Notes under the pieces: model-generated
Seen by the model: only the letters and a program-made list of their open reading frames with translations
The model's database searches: none
Told to the model about the DNA's origin: nothing
In this document: piece after piece, positions 48,921 to 58,924 of the stretch
How the letters are laid out: the number at the start of each line of letters is the position of its first letter
Numbering within the stretch: position 1 is the first letter of the stretch
Program-made: the position numbers and the translations under genes
NCBI RefSeq assembly: GCF_004010195.1
Contig: NC_057720.1
Location: 19,178,629-19,237,552, forward strand
DNA length: 58,924 bases
Source of the DNA: Chiloscyllium plagiosum
Taxonomy: Eukaryota
Direction of reading: 5' to 3'

Positions 48921-49812
48921 AAAGACCGGGGGGAGAAGGACAAGAAGTTATAATTTTGAGAGATACAGGATCTAACCAGTCTCTAAGAGATGAGCGAATG
49001 TGCACTCTTTCTGATCTGTTACCTGAGAGTGTGGTAATTTGTGGGGTAGATAGACAGAAATTTAGTGTTCCCCTATGTAAGATCAGGATGGAGTGCCAAC
49101 TCAAGACTGGGGAAGTTAGTGGGAGTGATTGAGTGTCAGTTCCAGGAATTCAGTTTGTTCTTGGGAATGAGTTGGCAGGATCCAAGATGGGAGTGACATC
49201 CCTTGTTGTGGAGAAGACCAAGGAAGACCAAGAAACTGAGGAGTTAAAACAGAAATATCCTGGTATTTTCCCAGACTATGTGATAACCAGATCCCACTAT
49301 CATAAGTCACAGCACAAAGAAAAAGTTAAAGAGAAAGATGAAGGAGTTGAGGTTCAGTTAGCGGATCCCATGTTTGATGTAATGGTGCAGGAAAAACCTG
49401 AACAGGCAGAGGGTCAGACAGAAGTGTTTAGCCCTGAAAGGTTAAGAAACTTGCAACAGCGAGACAAGATGATAAAACATATATATGCAGATGCATACTC
49501 CAAAAAGGAGGTAGAGAATTGTCTGGAGAGTTATTATCTGAAAAAATCCCAAGGCAGAAATGGAGACCACAACAGGTTAGTGCAAAGGCGAAATGGGCTG
49601 AAATGCACCAGATTGTGTTGCCAGTAGCAAATAGACAGGAGGTGTTACTGTAGCACATGAACTACCTGTAGGAGGTCACCTTGGAGTGCGAAAGACTCAG
49701 GCAAAGGTACAAAAACATTTTTATTGGCCTAGAATGTACAAGGATGTGGTTAACTTTTGCTGTATGTGTCATACATGCCAAATGGTAGGTAAGCCACAGG
49801 CAGTAATAAAAC

Positions 49813-49905
49813 TGAGTTTTGAGAAGATTGGGAGTTCGGGTTGAGGTTCTGGATGTAGGTTTGTTTGCTGAGTTGGAAGGTTCATTTTCAGATGTTTCGT
49901 CACCA
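49813..49905 (-). mobile_element. 93-bp Penelope-type insert in the integrase gene (related to 34748-34906)
   Basis: TSD taataaaac (49804-49812 / 49906-49914). The minus strand begins tggtgacgaaacatctg. Removing it restores KPQAVIK-QAPLLPIP. Confidence 0.75.
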
Positions 49906-50258
49906 TAATAAAACAAGCACCTTTGTTGCCAATTCCCACATTTGAAAAGAATCTTTCACTCAGGTTATAATTGTGTAGGTCCCCTTCCGAGAACAAAAAG
50001 TGGGAATCAATACTTGTTAACTATAATGAATATATTTACCAGATTTCCGGAAGCAATTCCATTACAGAGTATCATGGCAAAAAGGGTGGTCGAGGAGTTA
50101 GTAGCTTTCTTCACACAATATGGGCTACCCAGAGATATTCAGTTGGACTAAGGGTCAAATTTTACTGCTAGGATGTTTAAGGAGGTTATGGATAGTTTAG
50201 GTATACAGCACTTTAAATTCAGTGTGTATCATCCTGAATCCCAGGGAGCTTTAGAAAA

Positions 50259-50352
50259 GTCAAGATTAGAGTGGTGCTGGAAAAGCACAACAGGTTAGGC
50301 AGCATCCAAGCAGCAGGAATATCAACATTTTAGGCAAAAGCCCTTCGTCCAG
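50259..50352 (-). mobile_element. Decayed Penelope-terminus insert in the integrase gene
   Basis: gtcaagattagagtggtgctggaaaagcac...aggcaaaagcccttc is the reverse complement of the hammerhead-bearing pLTR. Confidence 0.75.
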
Positions 50353-51646
50353 AACGTGGTGTCAGACTGTGAAGACTATGTTAAGAGCATAGTGTCAGGA
50401 CTACCTAAGTGATTAGGATAAAGGTATCCCGTTCGTATTGTTTGCCATTAGAGATGCCCCAAATGAATCTACTCCGTTCACTCCCTTCGAGTTAATACTC
50501 AGTCATGAAGTGAGAGGTCCTTTGAAATTAATTAAAGAAAAATTCACAGGACCAAAGTCTGAGGTCTCACACTTAGATTATGTATCGAAGGTGAGGGAGA
50601 GACTAAATAGAGTAGGTGAGTTGGCTAAACAGCACCTAAAGAGGGCACAGTGTAGATTGAAGCAGGTGATAGATGAAAGCTCTGATACACTGACATTTTC
50701 ACAAGGGGATGGCGTGTTAGTACTGTTACCAGTGATAGGAGATCCCTTCAAAGTCAGGTTTAGTGGTCCCTATCAAATTGAGAAAAGGTTGAGTCAGGTG
50801 AACTAGTCTAGTTTAGTCAGTCTAGTAAAGATGCCAGATGGGGGGGGGGAGAAATGATATCGAGTATGTCCTGTGTGTATGTTGAAACCATATTGTACTA
50901 GAGAGAAAGACCTGGAAAAAAAGGTGTTAGTTACTGCCCCGTAGAGTGAGGAATCAAATTCAGATGATGTGGATTTTGATGTGCCTCAAAGTAGATTTTA
51001 AAGTGAAGTCCTTGAGGAGTGGGATAGATTAGTAAGCTATCTGTCTTGGGAGCATAGAACACAGTTGAAAGATTTGTTACTCAGTATAAGGAAAATGTGT
51101 AAGAATCAGATGGGGAGGACTACTACTATTATACGTGAAGTAGACGTCGGGAATACTGCTCCAATAAAACAACACCCCTATTGGCATAATCCTTTCAAAG
51201 CCAGACAGGCCCAGATGGAGGTGGAGGCCATGTTTGACAACGATACCATTGAACCAAGACAGAGCAAGTGCACTCAATGATTCTGCGTGGATTATCGGAA
51301 GGTCAACGCCATTACAAAATCGGACTCATCCAATTCCTAGATTGAAGGACTGTTTTAGGAAAGTCAGACAAGCCAGTTACATCACCAAGTTGGACTTAAT
51401 GCATGGTTACTGGCAGGTACCTTTTATCAGAGACAGCGAAAGAAATTTCTGCGTTTGTAAACCCAAATGGGCTATATAAATTTAAAGTGATGCCCTTTGG
51501 AATGAGGAACGCACCTGCCACATTCCAAAGACTCATGAACAGAGTTGTGGCTGAGTTAACAAACTACACGGTCTATTTGGACAATGTAGTGATCTTTAGT
51601 ACATCCTGGAAAGATCACACGGTATAGTTGGCAGAGCTCTTTGAAT

Positions 51647-51818
51647 AGGCAAAAGTGAGGACCGCAGATGCTTGAAACGAGAGTTTAGATCAGAGTGGTG
51701 CTGGAAGAGCACAGCAGTCAGGCAGCATCCGAGGAGCAGGAAAATTGACGTTTTGGGCAAAAGCCCTTCGTCAGGAATACTGATCTGTGCTTTTCCAGTA
51801 CCACTCTGATCTAAACAT
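51647..51818. mobile_element. Penelope-terminus insert with a short inverted arm, inside the Gypsy RT
   Basis: Perfect 15-bp TSD cagagctctttgaat (51632-51646 / 51819-51833). Minus-strand hammerhead cctgacgaagggcttttgcccaaaacgtc. Confidence 0.85.
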
Positions 51819-52691
51819 CAGAGCTCTTTGAATGACAACGAGAAGCAAAACTGGTGATAAACCTAAATAAAACTGAATCCGCAAAAGCAGAGGTAAAGTT
51901 CTTGGGACATAACATCAGTCATGGAAGGTTTACCCCACAGAACGCAAAGGCGAAGGCCATCGATGAATTTTCACGACTAACCTTGAAAAAAGAGGTGCTT
52001 CAATTCTTAGGACTCAGTTGATTCTATCAGATGTTTATTCCAAACTTCAGCAGTGTAGTGGCACTATTAACTGATTTGCTGAAAAGAACACAGTTTTGGT
52101 GGACAGAACAATGTCAGGAGGCATTTGACCATTTGGAAGCCATATTAACCACGAAATCAGTTTTACCTATACCAAACCTTTTTCAAGTCACCATCAATGC
52201 TAGTGACAATAGGAGTTGGAGCTGTACTCCTACAGGAAGATGAGGATGGGATTGAACTGCCTATTGGTTACTTTTCCAAGAAGATCGACATCCACCAGAG
52301 GAAATACTCAGCAATCGGAAAGGAACTGTTGAGTTTGGTACTGGCCTTACAACATTTTAGTGTGTATGTCCTGAACAATGAGTCGGAGCTGGTTGTGTAC
52401 ACTGATCACAATCCGCTTACATTCTTAGAACGCTTTAAAGACCAGAATATGAGACTATTTAGTTGGAGTCTTATGTTACAGACTTTTAATTTAAAAATCA
52501 TTCATGTTGCAGGTCAGAAGAATGTAATCGCAGATGTGTTGTCACGGATTTAACTGTTTAGATGAGATTTATATATATATGTATGGTGAACTTATATTAA
52601 CGTTATCAGTATGTTAGTGTAATGTGTTTAAAAAGTAGAGAAAAAAACATCTTTTCATTGAGATGGTTCATTTTTTTCTAAAGCGGGGAGA

Positions 52692-53398
52692 TGTTATGAA
52701 GATGTAGGTGTACTGTACCTTTTAAGAGAGTTAAAAGCAACCGAACTACCTGACAAAGTGAAGTGTTCTGAAAAGAAATATAACATAACATTTGGTCGAA
52801 CAACTCAATTAACTGGTTGCCTGGAAACAACAAAACAGATTTAAATTAGGCCAATCAGTTTAAATTATACCCCATAAAGTACCAAACTCCAATCCAGTTT
52901 GAAATGAGTATATTGACAATCTTAAAAGCCAATGACACCAACTGATGCTTTGGGGGGGGAATAAGACCAGAGAAAATTGAATGGTTGAGAGGAGAACTGC
53001 CAAGCTCCAACATGTAAAAAAAAACTGCCCGAAAAATAGCTCTCTTACATGGTACTTTCATTGATCAGTGACCTGTGAAGCATAAATCCTGAAGAAGACG
53101 GCGACCAGAATGCAGAGAAAACGAAAGCTACCTAGTTTTGGAAATAAGTTTTGTTCTATAAATCGTAATCAAGAGTTTTATCATACTAGTATTATTGAAG
53201 GACAGGTAAAAGATAGAATGAGGAAGGAGTTATAAATAGTTGTTGGTTAATTATTCTCTTATAATTTAAGAAATGAAGTTGTTAATTTTTACTTTAGTTC
53301 TTGGCCAATCGAATTTTTGCAGATTACTGCACAGGATGAATCTTGTCTGTGTTGCTGATTTTAAATTAAGCAGGAGAGTTTTACCCCATGTTGTAACA
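52692..53398 (+). repeat. 3' LTR, preceded by the polypurine tract aaagcggggaga (52680-52691)
   Basis: TG...CA termini; colinear with the 5' LTR. Confidence 0.9.
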
Positions 53399-54044
53399 AG
53401 GAGGGATTCGGGCAAAGACCCAAGAGCAGTTGAATAGCTGTTCAGTTAGGACTTGTAAAGGCCTAATAAGCATGCAGCTAAGAGTTGGAGCTGGGGCTCA
53501 AGAAAGCCTGGGAAGCTGTGAGAAGAAGCCAGGAAGCAATTAATATTTTAATACAGCTGAGAGTAGGCACTGAAAAGCCCCAAAAATTGTAGTTTTTTTT
53601 TAAGCAGCTGAGCAAGATTTCAAAGGAAACTGGCTTGGTGAAGCTTGCTGTCATAGAAAAACTGAAAAAAACTGAAGTTGTGTCTGTAAGTACGTGCAGT
53701 TTCCAGAATTCAGGCACAGTGGACCCAGGGAAGAAAGCTGGACTTGTAGAATGTGAGCAGCCTGTCCTGCCACTGTCCATAGCCCTAAAGTTAGATATAA
53801 GAAGCAAATCTCAAAATGATAGTTTTGGTTTAGAAGTCCAGATCACCAGATGTAAATTATAATTAACAATGGAACACTCTGTCCCACATTCTACTGTCTT
53901 GATAAGCTTCAACTTCCCTCCAATCCTCGATGCATGCTGATTTGTTGCAAACTCTTTCCCTAACAGTACCATGGGTGTATCTGCACTACTGTGGTTCAAG
54001 TGCTTGATACTATGTTCCCCAGAGCGTTTGGGGAAATAAAATAA

Positions 54045-55950
54045 TTCAATACAGTACAGCACAGGAACAGGCCCTTTGGCTCACCAAGCCTGTGCTGATT
54101 CCTAGTCCTTATTTAGACCCATTACTTATTACCCATACGCAGTTGCTATCCCTCTGTTCACCACCTGTTCATGTGTCTATCAAGATACACCTTCAACATT
54201 TTTAATATACCTGCTTCCACCACCTCCACTCCAGGCACCCACCACCCTCTGGGGGAAAATGTTTCTCCATACTTTTCCCCGAAACCTGTCCACTCCCACG
54301 TTGAACCTGTGCTCTCTTGTAGTTGACCTTTCCACCTTGAGAGAAAGCCACTTACTATCCACCCTATCTATGCCTCTCATAATTTTGTAGATCTCTCTAT
54401 CAGGTCGCTCTCAGCCTCCGTCTTTCCACGAAAACAAACAAAGTTTATCCAATCTCTCCACACAACTAAAGCCCTCAAGACCAGGCAACATCCTGGTAAA
54501 CCTCTGTACCCTCCCCAAAGCATTCACATCTTTCTGGTAGTGTGGCGACCTAAAGTGCACACAGTACTGCGAATGTGGCCTCACTAACATAATTTGCCAA
54601 CTTTTATTTTCAATGCACTGGCCAGTGAAGATAAGCATGCTTTGTTCCTCATAACCACCTTATCCACCAATGTTGCCACTTTCAGGGATCTGTGGACCTG
54701 TATGCCTAGATCCCTCTATGTCAACGGTCCAAAGGGTTCTGACATTTAATGTATAATTAAGACCTGAATTTGAACTTCCAAAATGTGTCATCTTGCATTT
54801 ATCCAGATAAACATCTGCTAGTTTTCTGCCCAAATCTGCAATCTATCTATATCCCACTGTATCCTTTGACAATCCTCCTCATTATCTACAACTCTGCCAA
54901 TTTTGGTGTCATCTACGAACTTACTAATCAGGCCCCTACATTTTTCTCCAGGTATATATAAACAACAACAATCCCAGCAGTGATCTCTATGGAACACCAT
55001 TAATCACTGCTCTCCATTCCAAAAGTACCCTTACACATCTTCTCTCTTTTATGACCATGCTAGTTTTGTATCCATCTCGCCAGCTTACCCAGATCTAACG
55101 AGACTGTACCTTTTGTACCAACCTACCATGAGGTACTTTATTAGATGCTTTACTAAAGACAATTTGGACAACATCCACTAACCTGCCCTCATCAATCATT
55201 CTTGTCACCTCCTCAAAAAGCTAAATCAAGTTGATGAGACACGACCTTTCCTACACAAACCCATACTGCCTATCGCTAAGAAATCCTGTCTCTCTCAGTA
55301 TCTTCTCCAACATCTTCCCCAGCAATGGTGTCAGGCTCACTGGCCTGTAACTACCTGTTTCCCTTCTTGAACAAAGGAACAACATTGGCCATTCTCCAGT
55401 CCTCTGGAACCTCACCTGAGGCGAAAGAGGATGCAAAGCTAACTGTTAAGGCCTCAGCCATTTCCTGTCTTGCCTCCCACAGTATTCTGGGACAGATCCC
55501 ATCTGGCTCTGGGGATTTGTCCACCTTAATACATTTCAAGACATCCTACACTTCCTCCTTCATTGTGTTGATCTGCCCCAGAGTATTCACGTTTCCCTCA
55601 TCTCAACATCCCTGACGGCCCTATGTTTGTGAATACCAATGTACTCCATAAGGATCTCATCCATTTCCTCTGGCTCCATACATAACTTCCCTCCTTTATC
55701 CTTAAGTGTGCCAATTTCTTTTCCCTAGCTACACTTTTGCTCTTAATATATGTAACGTATATGTAAGATGCCATGGAATTCTCAACCCTCCTGACCAAGT
55801 ACATTTCACCCTTTTCACCCTCCTAACTCCCTGTTTGAGCTCCTTCCTACTACCACCATATTCTTCTAGGACTTTGTGTGTTTTTAGTTGCCTAGACCTT
55901 GGGTATGCTTCCTTTTTTTGACTAAACTGATAACTTCCCCTGTCTTCCAA
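54045..55950 (-). mobile_element. CR1 LINE fragment (RT to 3' tail)
   Basis: KSPEPDGICPRILWE..GEVPEDWRMANVVPLFKKG, YRPVSLT, ISKFVDDTKIG and YCVHFRSPHYQKD. Confidence 0.88.
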
Positions 55951-56019
55951 GAACTCCCAGTAAGATCAAAGGGGGGCAGGGTAAGGTAAAGTAGAAAACA
56001 TGAGCTTGTCATTTATATA

Positions 56020-56790
56020 AATAATTTGGATGAGAGTATAGAATGGGGCCGGAATTAAACAATTAAAAGTAGAGCCTTGGGTAGTGCTGTAGTATAGATG
56101 GGTCTAGGAGTTCAGGAACATAATTCTTTTGAAGTTTGTGTCATATGCAGACAAGGTGGTTAAAAAGGCATTTAGCATGCTTGCCTTCATTGCTCAGCCC
56201 TTTGAGTATAGGAGTTGGAAGTCTTGTTGAGATTGTACAGGACATTGGTGAGGCCTCTTCTGGAATACTGTGTCCACTTCTGGTTGCCCTTTAATCAGGA
56301 TATTATTAAAGCTAGAGAGGGTTCCTAAGAGGTTTACCAGGATGTTGCTGGGTACGGAAGGTTTGAGTTATAAAGAATGGCTGGATAGGCTGGGATTTTT
56401 TTTCACTGGAACATAGGAGATTGAGAGGTGGCCTTAGAGGTTTATAAAATCATGAGGTTTATAGTTACATTCATGGTAGGTGTCATTTCCCAAGAATGGG
56501 GGATTTCAAGACTAGGAAGCACATTTGTCAGGTCAGAAGAGAGAGATTTTAAAAAGACATGAAGAGCAAGCTTTTCTACACAGGGTGTTTTGTGTGTGGA
56601 ATGAACTTCCTGAGGAAGTGGTGGATGCGGGCACAGTTTAAAAGGCACTTGGATAAGTCCATGAGTAGGAAAGGTTTAAGAGATTGAGCTAAGAGGAGGC
56701 TGGTGGAGCTAGTTTAGTTTAAGATTACCTTCGGCATGGACTGGTTGGACTGAAGGGTATGTTTCTGTGTTGTATGACTCTGTGACTCGA
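56020..56790 (+). mobile_element. CR1 LINE 3' fragment
   Basis: ttgtacaggacattggtgaggcctcttctggaatactgtgtcc...; tail ggactggttggactgaagggtatgtttctgtgttgtatgactctgtgactc. Confidence 0.8.
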
Positions 56791-57346
56791 AGATGAACTA
56801 ACTGTACTGGTCCTTTTAGACTAAGACACATTTACCCTGTACTGCACTGAGATTCCTTCACCTGTGACACCAAGGGGCTGAATGGGTTAACACAAACTTA
56901 GCATCTGACCAACACTGACCAATCGAAAACCGTGCTCCCTTTTCCTCCTGTGGCGTAGCAGGATGCTTCCTTGGCATGGGTGGCTGCTGGCTCCTGCAGA
57001 AAGGAATGCACCCGAACAGAAACTAAGCCCGAGAACCCCATGCTTATTTTAAATCTCACAAACTCCTGTTGCTGGCTCCTTAAAGGAGCATATCCTAATC
57101 ATTTCCAGTCAAGCCAGAGAGAACCACATTCTGTGAACATTTCTTTAAATTAGCAGAAAGATTTTGATAGTGCAGGTTAATTGCAGCTACCATATTACCA
57201 ATGTCTACTCAATTACCACCTTAGAGGTTGATGTATTGGATGTTCTGTTTTCGAGTTTGGATTTCAAATTAGTGGCATTTGGCTGTTGAGTACTATGTGA
57301 AAATATCTTGGTCAGTCTTTCCTGAACCTTGTACTAATCTAGTACT

Positions 57347-57558
57347 TCTGGAAAAGCGCACCAGGTCAGGCAACATCCAAGGAGCAGGAGAATCGACGTT
57401 TCGGGCATAAGCCCTTCTTCAGAAAACTGAGGATTCCTGAAAAAGGGCTTATGCCTGAAACGTCAATTCTCCTGCTTCTTGGATGCTGCCTGACCTGCTG
57501 CACTTTTCCAGCAACACATTTTTCAGCTCTGATCTCCAGCATCAGCATCACTTTCTCT
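57347..57558. mobile_element. Fold-back Penelope-terminus element with an intact minus-strand hammerhead core at 57395-57422
   Basis: Minus strand reads CTGAAGA-A-GGGC-TTAT-GCCC-GAAACGTC; the plus arm reads ctgaaaaagggcttatgcctgaaacgtc. TSD taatctagtacttct (57335-57349) / taatctagtatttct (57559-57573). Confidence 0.88.
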
Positions 57559-57588
57559 TAATCTAGTATTTCTCAGAGAATGGGAATC

Positions 57589-58021
57589 TTTTTTGAGTGG
57601 GAGCAGCGGCCGAGTAAAGGCGAACCCGGGAGACTACAGCTAAGGTAAAACAGTTTGTTTCAAAATTACTTACCTGTAGCGGGCAGCGGTGTTTTTTATT
57701 CTCTCTTCACAAAAAGAGCGGGAGCAGCAGAGGAAGTGACGGCAAACAGAGGGGCAGCCGGGAAGGAGAACTGTGAGTATAAATACTCACCCTTTAATCA
57801 CCAACGGTCATTTGAGTGGGAGCAGCGGAAGTGAGGTTGGAGCGCATAGCTGGGCGGGAAGGTAAGCGATTAGTATTTGAGTGGGTGTGTTCTAGACCCC
57901 AGGTCCTACTCTCGTAGGGCCTCCCTCCCACCCTCCTCCTCGAACCTAACTTTAAAGTCCACAGGTAAGTGACTCAGTGTTATTGACTCAGCGCTCTTGT
58001 TTTTGGAGAAAGTGTACAGTC
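57589..58021 (+). promoter_or_regulatory. CR1 LINE 5' UTR / probable internal promoter
   Basis: GC/CpG-richer segment directly upstream of ORF1, with repeated tttgagtgggagcagcgg and GGAAGTGA (ETS-like) motifs. Confidence 0.55.
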
Positions 58022-58924
58022 ATGGCAGCGCAGGCAGTGGAATGTTCCTCCTGCAGGATGTTTGAGATAGGGGTGACCACCGATACTCCTGCCGACTTCG
58101 TCTGCAGGAAATGCAGTCAGATCCTGACCCTCACCGAACGAGTTAGGGAACTGGAACTGGAGTTGGATGAACTGAGGATCATTCCAGAGGCTGAGAGGGT
58201 GCTAGATAGAAGCTACAGGGACATAGTTACGCCGGAGAACAGAGGGAGCTGGGTAACAGTTAGAGGTGGGAAGGGGAAGAAGCAGGCAGTGCAGGGTTCC
58301 CCTGTGGCCGTTCCCCTAAAAAATAAATATACAGCTTTGGAAACTGTTGGGGGGGACAGCGTTGCAGGTGTAAGCTGCAGTGAAGGGGTCTGTGGCACTG
58401 AGACTCAGAAGGGAAAGGGGGAGAGGAGGAGAGCGCTAGTTATAGGGGACTCTCTAGTTAGAGGGACGGACAGGCGGCTCTGTGGACATGGGCGAGACTC
58501 ACGGATGGTTTCTTGCCTCCTGGGTGCTAGGATCCGAGACGTCTCAGACCGTGTCTTCAGAATCCTTAAGGGGGAGGGTGTGCAGCCAGAAGTCGTGGTG
58601 CACATTGGCACCAACGACATAGGTAGGAAGAGGGATGGGGAGGTCATTCAAGAGCTCAAGGAGTTAGGCAGGAAGCTAAAAGCTAGGACGGACAGAGTCG
58701 TCATCTCTGGGTTGTTGCCGGTGCCACGTGACAGAGAGGCAAAGAACAGGGAGCGAGTGCAGTTGAACACGTGGCTGCAAGGATGGTGTAGGAGGGAGGG
58801 CTTCAGGTATTTGGACAATTGGACTGCATTCTGGGGAAGGTGGGACCTGTACAAACAGGACGGGTTGCACCTGAACCAGAAGGGCACCAATATCCGGGGA
58901 GGTAGGTTTGCTAGCACTCTTCGG
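58022..58924 (+). CDS. CR1 LINE ORF1p (Cys motif, leucine zipper, SGNH esterase), open to the window end
   Basis: 301 codons with no stop from ATG 58022: CSSC..CRKC, LTERVRELELELDEL, IGDSLVRG, HIGTND and DGLHLN. Probably absent from the ORF track because no stop lies in the window. Confidence 0.9.
   Translation, partial: MAAQAVECSSCRMFEIGVTTDTPADFVCRKCSQILTLTERVRELELELDELRIIPEAERVLDRSYRDIVTPENRGSWVTVRGGKGKKQAVQGSPVAVPLKNKYTALETVGGDSVAGVSCSEGVCGTETQKGKGERRRALVIGDSLVRGTDRRLCGHGRDSRMVSCLLGARIRDVSDRVFRILKGEGVQPEVVVHIGTNDIGRKRDGEVIQELKELGRKLKARTDRVVISGLLPVPRDREAKNRERVQLNTWLQGWCRREGFRYLDNWTAFWGRWDLYKQDGLHLNQKGTNIRGGRFASTLR

Larger units (their letters stand above)
48935..52553 (+). pseudogene. Disrupted pol: protease (about 48950), integrase (about 49600-50900), RT (about 51130-52000), RNase H (about 52180-52553)
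   Basis: PR: ILRDTGS. IN: HELPVGGHLGVRKT..FYWPRM..CHTCQ, VGPLPRTKSGNQYLLTI..FTRFPEAIP, YHPESQG, FSGPY. RT: LDLMHGYWQVP, FKVMPFGMRNAPATFQRLMN, YLDNV. RH: GVGAVLLQ, KYSAIGKELL, YTDHNPL, NVIADVLSR. Confidence 0.9.
46743..53398 (+). mobile_element. Full-length decayed Ty3/Gypsy LTR retrotransposon, Gmr1-like (gag-PR-IN-RT-RH)
   Basis: Two homologous LTRs of about 710 bp starting TGTTATGA; the 3' LTR ends TGTAACA. 5-bp TSD AGGAG (46738-46742 / 53399-53403). PBS, PPT and all internal domains are recognisable. Confidence 0.93.

Overview
Vertebrate genomic DNA, almost certainly from a shark or other elasmobranch, judged by HE1-type SINEs, abundant CR1/HER1-type LINEs and Penelope-like elements. The window holds the 3' half of FNBP1L (Toca-1; F-BAR/HR1/SH3 protein) on the + strand. 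I can place nine coding exons with consistent GT-AG phases between 3928 and 38225, including a 159-nt cassette exon and a 15-nt microexon (LSIKL) that the ORF track misses. There is also an alternative spliced C-terminus (GS-stop versus read-through GAVTYI-stop) and a long repeat-poor 3' UTR. Introns and downstream DNA are rich in retroelements. The most striking layer is a dense set of minimal hammerhead ribozyme motifs (CUGAnGA-A-stem II-GAAACGUC) from apparently four Penelope-related families. Many sit in 90-250 bp non-coding inserts with 9-17 bp target-site duplications (TSDs), and several of these are fold-back hairpins whose axis lies at or inside the ribozyme. Downstream is a complete but decayed Gmr1-like Ty3/Gypsy LTR retrotransposon (SCAN-like gag, order PR-IN-RT-RH, AGGAG TSD, tRNA-Pro-like PBS). 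At the right edge is the 5' end of a young CR1 LINE with an uninterrupted 301-codon esterase-type ORF1. Family and paralogue assignments rest on recalled motifs and sequences, not on database searches.
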